DNA of 64,000 bases from the human T2T-CHM13v2.0 reference genome, Homo sapiens: NCBI RefSeq assembly GCF_009914755.1, contig NC_060946.1. The stretch is one strand, 5' to 3'. Within the stretch, counting starts at the first letter, position 1, and each line of letters begins with the position of its first letter. The translations under genes and the position numbers were made by a program. Of this stretch, positions 39,928 through 57,055 are shown one piece after another. The notes under the pieces are model-generated. The model saw only the letters and a program-made list of their open reading frames with translations, had not been told where the DNA came from and did no database searches.

Positions 39928-41202
39928 AGAAGAAAGATTGAGACAACGTGCCTTGTCCTCTTCTCTGTTTGTTGAACATCCTGGGGAATCCATCACCATA
40001 ATATCTCTTCTGTTTTAACTGAAGACTTTTGTGCAGGACACTGAATTCACACCAATCTTTATGTTCATATTGACAACTCAGTGATTAATAGGGATACCCT
40101 ATTTGTTTCATATGCTACATGGTCACAGATTTAGATATGTAAGCTGCAGAAATGAATTGGTTCAACCTTTCTGTAAACTGGGGCTTTATACAAGGAACAA
40201 TTAAAATTTCTTTAGTTGGCTTTTCTCTGCACTATTTCCCCATTTGTCTATCTAAATCTAAACACAGATGCCATAGTCCTGTTATTTTACCCTTAACTGT
40301 GGTGATGCAAAATATAATGCAAAAGCTCAAAAACGATGCACAATAATAGACACGTGCAACTAGCTTTGTAAATAAAAGTTTGCAGTGAGGTCCCCAAAGA
40401 CTGGAAACTAAATGTTTCCTTTTCAAATTAACAGCTAATATGTCTCACGGTTAGAATGTAAAACTTGCTTCATTACTCATTTAACGACCTGGGGAATTAA
40501 AACCATCCTTTCCTCTTCCAATATTTGAAAGATAATTTTAAATTTTAAATTTCATGTTTTTCTCATTATTAAGGATTGATAATGGACCCAATGCATGGGA
40601 AAACTAATCTAACAAAAAATACAGTGGAGGTGTCAAGGCAGTGTGTATTAATGGATGACACTTAAATGAGCTGCTAACAGGGCTCAGAAAGAACCTGACA
40701 GGCACCATGATTGATCTATTATTGGCCTAGGTGACATTATTGGATTTCAGAAATTTGAATTAAAAATTTCATCTAAAGAAAAAGAATAGGTTTGAATTCA
40801 GGCAGTTAATTTAGTATAGTCATTATTTTAAAAAACTTGCTGAAGTGAGGCAGTGTCTACACAGTCAAGTAGGCTTTGGTAAATATTTTAAATATTGTGA
40901 TTTTTACCTGCAATATATTTGTATACTGCAATGCCTTTGTACACCGCAGTTATATTTTAAATATACCATTTTAAGTTATTTTCGTTTGTGTGAATAATGT
41001 TGAATAGCTGATTTCGTAGTTAACCTGGCCAGAGGCTTTTTTTTAATTGAACTTTTCAAAAAATCATCTTCTGGTTTTGTTGATTTCTCTATTGATTTCC
41101 CATTTTTATTTCATTTATTTCTACTCTAATTTTAATTTATTTTCCTATGCTTACTTTGGATTTAATTTGCTTTTGTTCTACTTTTCTAAGGTGATTAATT
41201 TT

Positions 41203-41561
41203 TTTTAAATTTAATAAATTTTTGGGAAACAGGTGGTGTTTGGCTACATGAATAAATTCTTTATTTGCGATTTCTGAGATTTTGGTGAACCGATCACCCA
41301 AGCAGCGTACACTGTACCCAATATCTATGTAGTGTTTTATCCCTCAACCTCCTCCCACCCTTTCCCCCAAAATCCCCAAAGTCTATTATATCATTCTTAT
41401 GCCTTTGCATCATCATAGCTTAGCTCCCACTTATGAGTAAGAACATATGATGTTTGGTTTTCCATTCCTGAGTTGCTTCACTTAGAATAATGGTATCCAA
41501 TTCCAAGGTTGCTCAAATGTCATTATTTTGTTCCTTTGTATGGCTGAGTAGTATTTCATTT

Positions 41562-41593
<32 letters not shown>

Positions 41594-43411
41594 ATATATT
41601 TTATATATATACACACATATATCTATATCACATTTTCTTTATCCACTGTTGATTGATGGCATTTGGGCTGGTTCCATATGTTTGCAATTGTGAATTGTGC
41701 TGCTATAAACATGTGTGTACAAGTATCTTTTTTGAATAATGACTTATTTACCTATGGGTAGTTACCCAGGAGTAGGATTGCTGAATCAAATGATAGATCT
41801 ACTTTCAATTCTTTAAGGAATCTCCACACAGTTTCCCACAGTGGTTGTACTAGTTTACATCCCCACTAACAGTGTAAAAGTGTTCCCTTTTCATCAGATC
41901 CATGCCAATATCTATTTTTTTGATTTTTTGATAACGACAATTCTTGCAGAAGTGAGGTGGTATCGCATTGTGATTCTGATTTGCATTTCCCTGATAATCG
42001 GTGATGTTGAGCATTTTTCATGTGTTTGTTGACCATTTGTATATCTTCTTTTGAGAATTATCTATTCATGTCCTTAGCCCACTTTTTGATGCAGTCGTTT
42101 GGTTTTTTTCTTGCTGATTTGCTTGAGTGCCTTGTAGATTCTGAATATTAGTCCTTTGACTGTTGCACAGGTTGTGAATATTTTCTCCCACTCTGTGGGT
42201 TGCCTGTTTACTCTGCTGATCATTTCTTCTGCTGTGCAGAAGCTTTTTAGTTTAATCAATTCCCATCTATTCATCTTTGTTTTTGTTGTGTTTGCTTTTG
42301 GGTTCTTGGTCATGAAGTGTTTTCTTAAGTCAATGTCTAGAAGGGTTTTTCCAATGTTATCTTCTAGAATTTTTATGGTTTCAAGTCTTAGATTTAAATC
42401 TTTGATCCATCTTAATTTGATTTTTTTATAAGGTGAGAGGTGAGGATTCAGTTTCATTCTTCTGCATGTGGCTTGCCAATTATCCCGGCAACCATTTGTT
42501 GAATAGGGTTCCTTTCCCTATTTTATGTTTTTGTTTGCTTTGTCAAAGATCAGTTGACTGTAAGTATTTGGGTTTATTTCTGGGTTCTCTGTTCTGTTCC
42601 ATTGGTCTATATGCCTGTTTTTATACCAGTACCATGCCATTTTGGTGACTATGGCCTGATAGTATAGTTTGAAATTAGGTAATGTAATGTCTCCAGATTT
42701 GTTCTTTTTCCTTAGTCTTGCTTTGGCCCTGTGGGCTTTTTTTGGTTCCATATGAATTTTAGGATTGTTTTTTCTAATTCTGTGAAGAATGATGGTGGTA
42801 TTTTGATGGGAATTGCATTAAATTTGTGGATTGCTTTTGGCAGTATGGTCATTTTCACAATATTGATTCTACCCATCCATGAGCGTGGTATGTATTTCCA
42901 TTTGTTTGTGTTGTCTATGATTTCTGTCAGCAGTGTTTTGCAGTTTTCCTTATAGAGGTCTATCACCTTCTTGGTTAAGTATATTACTAAATTTTTTTGT
43001 TGTTATATTTTTGTGGCATTTTGCAGCTATTGTTAAAGGGGTTGAGTTCTTGATTTGATTCTCAGCTTGGTTGCTGTTGGTGTATATCAGCGCTACTGAT
43101 TTGCATACATTAATTTTGTATCCTGAAACTTTACTGAATTCATTTACCAGTTTTAGAAGCATTTTGGATGAGTCTTTACGGTTTTCTAGGTATAAGATCA
43201 TATCATCAGCAAACAAGAACACTTTGACTTCCTTTTTACTGATTTGGATGCCCTTTATTTTTCTTTTGTCTGATTGCTCTGGCTAGGACTTCCAGTACTA
43301 TGCTGAATACAAGTGGTGAAAGTGGGCATCTTTGTCTTATTCCAGTTCTCACGGGGAATGCTTTCAACTTTTCCCCATTAAGTATAATGTTGGCTGTGAG
43401 TTTGTTATAGA
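41203..43411 (-). mobile_element. 5'-truncated L1PB with 16-bp TSD, nested in an older L1M
   Basis: L1PB-type 3'UTR (ttttgggaaacaggtggtgtttggctacatgaata) and ORF2 remnants; TSD taaggtgattaatttt at 41187-41202 and 43412-43427. Confidence 0.9.
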
Positions 43412-43427
43412 TAAGGTGATTAATTTT

Positions 43428-44400
43428 AAATATTTCTTTTCTAATACATGTATTCAACGCTATAAATTTCTCTCTAAGCACTGCTTTCGACACATCCCAC
43501 AAACTTTGTAAGTTGTATTTTCATTTTCATTTAGTTCAAAATACTTATTTTGTTGTTGTTAAGATTTCTTCTTTCATCCACGTGTTCTTTAATAGTGTGT
43601 TCTTTAATCATAAGACAGTCAGTAGATGTCAATTATATCCAGTTAATTGATGGTGCTGTGTTTACTCTTTTTTCTGTCTGCTTGATATGTCCATTTTTGA
43701 TAGAGGGGTGTTGAAGTCACCAACTATGATAGTGGACTCATGTTTTTCTCCTTGCAGTTCTCTTAGATGTTGCCTCATGTTTTTTGATGCTCCATTGTTA
43801 GGCATCTATACATTAAGGATTGTCATGTCTTTATAAGGAACTGACCCCTTTATCATTATGTAATACCCATCTTTAGCCCTGATAACTTTCTTTGCTCTGA
43901 AGTCTAGTCTGTTTAAAATTAATATAGCTGTTCCCATTTTAAAAATTAGCATCAGCATAGTATATCTTTCAGTATGTGCTCTTATAGTTAATGCATGTTT
44001 CTTGTAGGCAACATACAATTGGGAAGGTTTTTTTAAATCCATTTCTACAATCTTTGCCTTTTAACTGATATATTTAGAACATTGATGGTTAAAGTAACTA
44101 ATGATTTAGTTGAATTAATACCTATCATATTTGTTAGTTTTATATTTGTTTCCCTTTTTCTTTGTTCTTAGTTTGTCTTCCACTATTTTACTGCCTTTCA
44201 TGGCTTTAATTGAGCATTTAGTATGATTCCATTTTCTCTCCCTTATTATTAGCCTATCAGTTATGCTTCTTTTTTACATTTCTCAGTGGTTGCACTAGAG
44301 TTTCCAAGATACATTTATAACTAATTAAAATCCATGTTCAAACAACATTATACCACTTCACAGGTAGTGTGTGAGTACCTTAAAATAATAAAATAATCAT
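43428..44400 (-). mobile_element. Old L1M host element (other part ~41020-41190)
   Basis: Degenerate ORF2/EN-like sequence (gtgttgaagtcaccaactatgatagtgga, ctgacccctttatcattatgtaat); ORF 43806-44042 is EN-like. Confidence 0.7.
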
Positions 44401-47400
44401 AATTCTTCCCTCCTTGTCACTTTTATCATTGCTATCATTCACTAATATATAAGCATATATAAGTGCTTATATATAAGCACTCATAAAATAACATAATAGT
44501 AGCATCAATATATTTTATTACATAATCACATGTGTAATAAAATGTATATATGTAATATATATGAAATTTATATATATATTATATATAAAAGCATATGTAA
44601 TGAAATACATTGTTGCTACTATTTTGAGCACACTTCTATTTGTATATCAATTAAGAATAAGAAAAATATTTTTTCTTTGTGACCCCAGGTGTCATGGATA
44701 AAAGATCTATGGATATAATTTTCAAGTCAGTGCAAGGGTATTTTTTCTAACACCGAAGTGATATTAGAGTGGACTGAATTCTCTTGGGAAGTATTTAACT
44801 CCTAAGTCTGGAGCTATTCCAGTGCTTGATAAACCACTCAGTGAAGATACTCTCAAATGAGTTCTTAGTATTTTTGTGTTAAACAGAAAATTTTCCAGTG
44901 TTAGGATAATTGGCAAGGATGGAAAGACTCAAAATTGCACTAATTGTATTATTCATAAAGAATAATGGAGTCACCACCAAAGAATAACACAGTGTCTGAA
45001 AGGCATCCATGGATATCACTGTCTTCATTTGTTGAGTCTTCATCATCAGGTGACTGTTTTAATAGAGCTATTTACTTCCTTGAATGCACTCTCAGTTATT
45101 CACTCAGATATGTTATCATAAGTTCAGATAAATAAAATATTTTCAGAATCATCTTGAAATTTCACTATACCTATTATTTGCAACAAATGTTATTCCAGTT
45201 TCCATTTGACTCTTAGTTTAATGTTCTGTGTAACAGCCATTGCTGTTAATATACGTATTTGGGGCAAAAAATACAATATCCTTTGTGATATCCCTTGGAT
45301 TGTAATATCTGACCTTTGACCACACATGTTTTAATTATGCAACTAATTATCATGTAATAAAGGAAATACAACTTCAAGATGGTAGCTTTGTATTTTATAT
45401 TTAAAATCTTAGAAAGTTTTATTATTGATAAATAAAAGGATTCAAAATAATCCTGAAGTATAATGATGTTAAACATATAGTTTAGAACTAGATTAACAAA
45501 ATAATATCATTTGCATAGGTAGGGTGTCTGATATGCTTCTAAATTAATTTGATTTGTATATTCTTGAAAACTCCCACAAGTTATTTGCATGTACTAAATA
45601 GATGTTGCTTTTTATTCTGAAAGAATGAGAATGAAGATAAAACATAGGTTCATACATTGGTCAACATGCAGAAAAACCAATATTGATTATTTTTACAGTT
45701 CATTACATCATTAATATATTGGGATTTCCCTTTTACCACAGACAATAATATATTTCACTATGCATGTTTATTGAAATATGTTTTAAATAGATTTGCATAA
45801 CAAAGTATATATTAGTTCAAGCAGATGTTTAGGGTCATAACCGTCAAGAAATTTGAGCTGCCCAGGCGTGTGGCAAAATCAGAGTTACTAATTATTGTTT
45901 TATTGTTTCTGCATTTCAGTCATAGAGTCTGGCAGATTGTAAGTATACTGTTATTCTGTAGGAGGTATAAAATGTTCATGATGTTATCTTGGGCGAGGCC
46001 TCCAGCCTGGAAGATCAGCATAACTCTGAGTTGCTAATCTGGCCAGTTCAGTCTTTGTTTTTATAGAGAAAATCAAAGATATATCAATTGATGCTAGTTG
46101 CAAATTACAGAAATGTTGTGATTAGTATTTTTGAAAGTCTTATATTAACAACACTTCATTAGTTGAAAATTCTTCTCCTAGGCTCCAGTTACTATCTTCC
46201 CAGCTTAAATCCAGAAAACAACAGCAACGTCTTTGCCAGCTACCTCACATTTGGAGAATTGAACACTGTAGCTCAGCTTGAGGAAAGATGATAGCATTGG
46301 AACTGATTTCACTTTCTGAGCCTTTTGTTGAGGGTATTTACTAATAATACTTCTGAACTGTAAAATCTGTGGGTTAGCATCCCCCTCTGATGCAAGAAAC
46401 CTGGAGTTTACTGGCTAGCTAGCAAATGCAAAATTAGACAATTTTGCTGGGAGCTAAATATACACGGTTAAGTGTGTTTGACTATTATATGGCTGCAGAA
46501 AGTTCCACATGCCAATTTATTTGCTTATGGTGTTTTGGAAAATGGAATCCTTTAGAGAAAGAGAAAGAGAACACACCAACTTTCAACTCCATTGATTTTA
46601 ATTAAGCTAACTGTAGATTGGCAAGCACTGCAAAATTCACAAACCTGATGAGACAAAAGAGATTACACAATAGGTACAGGAACTAATGGCTTATCCTTAA
46701 TTATCTGAAACTGACAAGACAATGACCTGTCAAATTAACGGAAATTATCTTCCATAAAGCCTTGGTGGAATGGCAGCATAATATTGAACTTTAGAAGAAA
46801 AAGAAGCTTGGACCAAAAAGAAGTTCCTTGCCCTTAAAAATGAGCACACCATAATAGACACAGACATGGGAAGATGCTCATGATGTATTAAGTAGAAAAA
46901 AAAATAGAAAATAATATAGTCAGCCTGTTCCCATTTTGGTAAAATTGAAATACACCAAACCACTTTCACCTGTTCTGCCAACATAGGATGTGTACCTGGT
47001 CACTCCTGTTTTGTTTCATTGTATATATATATATTTTTTTTCAATTAATCATTGGAAAACCCCATTTTCTCTTTTGGGAAAAAAATCTAATACTGTCTCT
47101 AGGTCCTTCTGCCAAACCCAGTGAGACAGATTCCAGATGCCAATGCCATTGCTTATCAATATCACATGGTATCACTGTCAGATGCACATCATGAAAAACT
47201 TCATGCCTGTCTGCTGCTACTGGGATACCCTTGCTGGTAGAAGCCTGTGCCAGAGTGGTGCTCATGAGATAACAAGGATATAGCCCATTTTACATCATAC
47301 TCCCATGTTCCACTAAACAATCATGGAGCTAGTAAGGCTGTGTTTGGATGAGTTATTGCAAGCTAATTTTAGTAGGCCAAATAATGCATACAGTAAACTA

Positions 47401-48749
47401 GAGAATATTTGCTCGAAAATATTATGGTGCCTTGTCCTTATTTTAGACTCACCTCGTAAGTAGTAACTAAAACAATAAATGAATGAATGAACGAGTAAAT
47501 GAATGAATGCAAGCTGTCTGGACCAGCTTGGTAATAAATATCCTGAAGTTCATCTTTCCATTTTTAAAAAGTCACCCAACTTATGTTTGATAAATATAAA
47601 CAAACTTTTTTATGTCATCATTTTAAATGCTTTAGGAAATGCTTTCATTTCCTTTCGTTTTGTCCGATGTTCATATCTTTCATGCTTTGCTTATCTTTTG
47701 GAAGTGTCTGTCCAACTAGAGCTCTTCCAAAAAGATATTTGGCAAGGACATCTTCTGCTCCCAGGTATAAAAGTGAGTCAAACACCATTATTATTTTTAT
47801 CCTTCAGGAAAAATCTTCTGTGAAAATCCTGATTGCATTTCCTTTTATAAGATTCTGTCTCATATTTATTAACTGAAAGATTTGGGTCAAATCAGCCACA
47901 TGTACTCTCTGTAGTTTATCAGCAGAAGGATTCTTTGAAAGATTAAATTGCACAGGGCTGACTTCTTAAGTGCAGTGAAAAAAATAAAAAAGCCACTTGG
48001 TAAAAATGCTAAAACTGTTATTTTCTTGGGAAATGTAGAATTTTAGCAAATTAACATGTTACATTTAAACCCATTTGTACTTGAGACTAGATTGTTTATA
48101 GATCCTTGAAAGAACCATTATTTGTGTGTACAGATAAGCAAATTGAAAAACATAATTACTCATAACCGTGTTTTATGTTTTCCAGAATCTTAAAGAAGTC
48201 AAAAATATCAGTGAAATCAAGCATGGAGAAATATTGCATTATTAATAGTATACTGAAAAGTAAATAAGATTTTTGAATTTCTTTATAAATCATTTTTAGT
48301 TATCATAATCCTTCAAGCATCAATTCACTGTGTTTTAAAATGCACATTTATTATCTCTGTATGTGATTTTTTACATCTTTCATTTTTTTCTCTATATTTA
48401 TGTTTGAGGAAGAACGTGGAATATAGAATGCAGACATGATGTCTCTGAAATACATGTCTCCTCTCCCAGAGACATAGTCACATTTTATAGTTAAATTTTG
48501 GTTTGAAAGTTCTAATTTCTCTTCCATTAACCTTTCTGATTCCAAATGCTACCAGTCTCTGTGGCCAAGAGAATGATACACCATCTTTCTCCATCCCCAA
48601 CAACAGAAAGCTCAGTTTCATCTTCCATTTTCCCCAGCTTTTCCACCTCATACCACTCAGAAAGTCCTGGATTTTATTTTCTTTTGAGTTTCTTGGATAG
48701 GTTTACCCTTTCTCCATTTCTGATTCCTGAGTCCTTTCATTAGTCTCTT

Positions 48750-52304
<3,555 letters not shown>

Positions 52305-53033
52305 TCATTAGTCTCTTAACATTCATACCGTCTCCCTTACCCCCCGTACTCCAAGCATAGATACTATTATCCAACTTTTAAGTATGAAAAAACTGAAGGC
52401 TGCTTAGGGCTTAAAGGTTTAAATTAAGGCTATGATTTGGATCCAGATCTGCCTCTCTCTAAAGCATGAGCTTTTCAACATTACAATAGGCTGTCTCACT
52501 TTTCACTGATATCAGAGTAACCTTTTTTAAACCATGATGCTGAACATATTCCATTTCCCTGCATAAGTGGATTGCAACTAGTGTAGGTTTAAGTACAAAT
52601 TTCTTACCAGGACATCAAAGTTTTTAATTACCTGACTCTCACCTGCATTTCTGGCCTGTTATATTTTCAATCATTTTCTCAATGACTTCTTATATTGCAG
52701 GTTAATCAGGAATATATAATCAGCCTGCCTAGAACATGACTCCATGTCTTGCCTATGTTAGACTCTCAGCCTGGAAACCCTTCTACTTAAAACTTGTCTT
52801 CTTATCTCACACCCTTAGCTAGGAAAAGTTTTCTAACTTCTAGGTAGAGCTGGTTCCTCCCTCTTCCAGGCATCTTCACACCTTGTACTAGGCAATGAAC
52901 TCTTCAACAAGAGGGCCCACTTGTTTTCTACTTTTTTATTCTGCAGAATCTATTGTAGAGCCTTGCTCATACTGGGACTAAAAATACATTTAAAAAATAA
53001 AATTAAGCACACTTATTTTCCATAGGAATTTTT

Positions 53034-53418
53034 TTTTTTTTATTCTTTTTTTTTTTTTATTATACTCTAAGTTTTAGGGTACATGTGCACATTGTGCAGG
53101 TTAGTTACATATGTATACATGTGCCATGCTGGTGCGCTGCACCCACTAATGTGTCATCTAGCATTAGGTATATCTCCCAATGCTATCCCTCCCCCCTCCC
53201 CCGACCCCACCACAGTCCCCAGAGTGTGATATTCCCCTTCCTGTGTCCATGTGATCTCATTGTTCAATTCCCACCTATGAGTGAGAATATGCGGTGTTTG
53301 GTTTTTTGTTCTTGCGATAGTTTACTGAGAATGATGTTTTCCAATTTCATCCATGTCCCTACAAAGGATATGAACTCATCATTTTTTATGGCTGCATAGT
53401 ATTCCATGGTGTATATGT
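53034..53418 (-). mobile_element. L1HS Ta-subfamily, 5'-truncated (~385 bp), with perfect 14-bp TSD
   Basis: Reverse complement reads GATGAC-ACA-TTAG (ACA at 53150-53152) and AAAACTTA-G-AGTATAATAAA (53067); TSD ccataggaattttt at 53020-53033 and 53419-53432. Confidence 0.93.
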
Positions 53419-56125
53419 CCATAGGAATTTTTGAGTCATTGGTTCCCTGAATAGCCCTACTCCCCTTTTCTATTTTGAAGAAGTATGTATAGTTTTCCAA
53501 AACGTTCTTGTTTGACCAATGCGATCAGTTCATTTAGTCAAAGCATTTGCACTGTTTCTAACTTTTCTACCTTAAGAAACATACTTTTGCTCAAGCAGAG
53601 CGTTTAGTGCATGTCTCCTTTAATGGATTCCTGCTAAGAGCTAACAACTGGATTATTGAATCTTCTCCTTCAAAACCACTCTTTGACTTATTACAAGATT
53701 GTTTTTCTCAGTTACATTTGATTCTTTATAGGTACCATTTTCTGCCCCTGGCCTTGTTTAAAATTGAATTGTGATGGCTCTTCCCCTGACTTATCTTTTA
53801 AAGCTATTGTCACTTACTTCATTTTTTTTAGGCTTTTACTGGAAAATTTCTGGCTGTAACACTTTCTTATAATTTCTATTTCTATTCCAGGTTTCTGCTT
53901 AAGCACAGTGTTGCATTAATAAGGGTCAGGCGAAGTTTCAACAGCATTTAATCTTACACTTTAAATTTTTGTTCACATTTTATGGTCTTGACACATTTAC
54001 TGTAATAAAGGGAAATCATTAATTCACTAAGAAACGTGTAAAAACTATAGTTTTGCTTTTGATTAATTTCCACATTCATCATTACTTTGCTACTGATTTA
54101 CCATGCATTGAAGAGACTGAGGGTGCAAAACATGATTTTTTTTCTTCGTTTAAAAAGAACTGTCTTAGAAACCAAATGAGGCTAAAAATGTACCTGTGTT
54201 TTGGCTGTCAAAGGGGAGAAGATTACTTCTTCTTGAACGTGTTTTCTGTCTCATCCTCATGTTTCCTTTATTTATACCAAATACACCATACCATTCTCTA
54301 CTTTTTTTTCTTGAAGTAAAAGAAAGCTATAGCCATAGCCACTGTCATATTAACTCTGAAAATAGGTTTTTTCCTTTATGAAGAGGAAAGAAATCTTAAT
54401 TTACCTTTGGCTTATGGAAGAAAATCATCTAAAATTTTATAATGCCAGCTACATCTTGAACATTTTTGAATACTGTTGTTATGAAACAAAATCATACTTG
54501 AGCCTAGAGGTCAAATATCTCACCAATATTGGCAGCAGGCAATTGAATAACGATTTTTTGTTTTTGTTTTGCACTTGTATAATTGATACTAAAGTGGTAG
54601 TGACTACTAAAATTAATGAAAAGGAATCTATAGTTTTTACACTATAACTAGGCCAAGTTGGGAAGGTATCAAAATTATAGTTATAAAATGAGACTGAAAG
54701 TTTAAAACAGATCACTACCTATGACGCACACAATTGCAAGCCCTTTTTCATAGATCAGTCAATGAAGTCTTTGCAAAAACCCAAAGAGGGTTATTTTGGA
54801 TTTTAGGGGAGGAGAAAACTGAGACTCATAAAGTTAAATAAACTCTCCTCCTTTATTGTATTGTTTTGTTAAATATAGGTTTTTATTCTTATTTTTAACA
54901 ACACAAATATTTGTAGAAAAATTTAGAGAATGCAGAATAAGCAAGAGAAAAATAAACACAATGTATTGCTATCCCCCCAGTTTTCTTAACTGTGTATTAC
55001 ACATTTTTGTGTAACCTGCTTTTTTGCCTTAAAATGTCATGATCTTTTCCAACCATAAGTATGTTATTTTTCATATGTCTATATGGATATGATGGCTATA
55101 ATATTCTCCTCAGTGTTTTTGAGGGTCTTTGAGAGCACTCAGTAAGTAGCACCTGTCTTTTCTACCCAATTCAATTGAAAAATAGACAGCAAGTGGAGAA
55201 CCAGAATATCACCCTATTCCTAATTAAGGCACAATTGGCAGGCACAGCTTACAATGAGAGAAACAATTGGCTTGCTCACTGCATCCCTTGGAAGTTTGTT
55301 GAGCTGTGAGAAGAACCCACTTCAGGGAAAGCTTAAAGCCAGGGAGCAGGAAATCCCTGCACTGCACTGGCCCTGGCTAGAGGAAAGAAGAAAAGAAGCA
55401 ACTTCTCCAAGCAGAGAAACTTTGATCATGTCTACCCAATACCTGTAACACACCAACCACTGTAAAGCTGGTGGTCCTCTGCTCTGGGGATGAGGAAGTG
55501 GTGGAAAAGGAAGCCAGGCAGACTGCGGAGGATGCCACAAAACAAAGGTGAGGAAGGAGGCATTCCCCTGTGATATATGAAGTTCCTATTACTCATTTAA
55601 TCAATCCCCTATTGTTGTACACTTAGGTTGTTTCAAAACAACAATGAAATTAAATGCATTTGTAATTAATTATTGTGTACATTATAGAAATTTTCTTTAA
55701 ATGAAACTATAAGTAAAATTTCTGGGACAATGTTTTTAACATGTTTAAAGCTTTTGATGCAATTTACCACATTTTACTCAGGAAAATTTTGTCAATTTAC
55801 ATTACCACTCAGTAATGTATAACCTCATTTATTTTTAATAAGTGTATTTGAACCCAGTAAAGTTGGCTCTGGAGCCCAAATTATTAATCTTAACAAAATC
55901 CTGCTAGTTACTAAATAAAAAAAAAACTGTAAAATTCATGAAATTTCTCTGACTCCATAAACTTTCAATGGATAATTTCTATATCTGTCCTTACTGCCTG
56001 GGAGTGGAGAATTATAATGGTCATGAAAGTGGCCTTTGGCCTTGGACTCCTCCTGGCTTTGAATTCTGAATTTGCCCTTAACTAGAGCTGTGGCAAGTTA
56101 TCATAGATGTTCAAGCAACTCTGCT

Positions 56126-56456
56126 CCTCACAGTGCTAATAAAGACAAGCGCAAGACTGGGTGATTCATAAAGAAAGAGGTTTAATTAACTAACTGTTTG
56201 GCATGACTGGGGAGGCCTCAGGAAACTTACAATCATGGCAGAAGGTGAAGTAAGCACATCCTTATTCACATGGCAGCGGCAAGGAGAAGTGCCGAGCAAA
56301 AGGGGAAAAAGCACCACTCACTATCAGGAGAACAAGACATGGGAAACCTCCCCCCAATTCAATTATCTCCCACTGGGTTCCTCCCATGACATGTGTGGAT
56401 TATGGGAAGTACAATTCAACATGAGATTTGGGTGGGGACACAGCCAACTCATACCA
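56126..56456 (-). mobile_element. THE1-family LTR (3' terminus truncated)
   Basis: Antisense tggtatgagttggctgtgtccccacccaaatctcat...gaggcctccccag...ctttattagcactgtgag; terminal ~15 bp absent. Confidence 0.85.
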
Positions 56457-57055
56457 TCATCCACCACATCAAACCCACTAAGTGAGCTACATTTTTGCTG
56501 CGTGGGATGAAAATGTCCACACAGCACAGAGAAGAATATGTGCTTCATAGAGTAATGATAGTCAGCTTAACAAAAGATGCTTCCGTGAGAGGCTGATGGT
56601 CAGCCCTGAGATCAGTAACCAGAAGCCGTGGCTTCCAGAAGGCTGCCTGGATCTGGTTAGTGAGGATTTCAGTAGTGAAGTGACCAGCAATAGGAGTACC
56701 TCCAGTGGCAGAAGCGAACTTCAGCACAGCCCACTGGCCAGGATTCCTGGATGACCTGACATTGACATCAGCAGAGTTTTCAAGGGCAACAATGGCATAA
56801 GCTGTCAGCAGAAGCTTCTCCCAGGTCCTCTTCAGATTTAGGATGTAGATGTCATCAGTTTTCCTTTTATAGATGTACTGTTCCATTTGGAAGGGTTGGT
56901 GCCACCTAGCAGGTTCCAGCTACTAGGAACTAGAGGGCATCCTCCTCCTTCATTTGCAGGACATCAAGGACTCTCGACATTGTGAAAGTTTCCATTTAAG
57001 TTACCATGGGAACCCAGAGCAACACATGTGGACTCCTGTCTGGATAGTGCAGAAA
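56457..57055 (-). pseudogene. RPSA: RPSA (uS2 / 37-kDa laminin receptor) processed pseudogene, 5' ~60% only
   Basis: RPSA-like 5'UTR, ATG at 56980 (MSRVLDVLQMKEEDAL*), [12 protein letters not shown]...NQIQAAF...DHQPLTEAS, continuing to GLMWWM; no introns; stops at codon 17 and ~148. Confidence 0.95.

Noticed and set aside
56545-56886. Functional RPSA retrogene (113-aa ORF)
   Set aside because: Stop at codon 17, indels, many substitutions, and the C-terminal 40% is missing.
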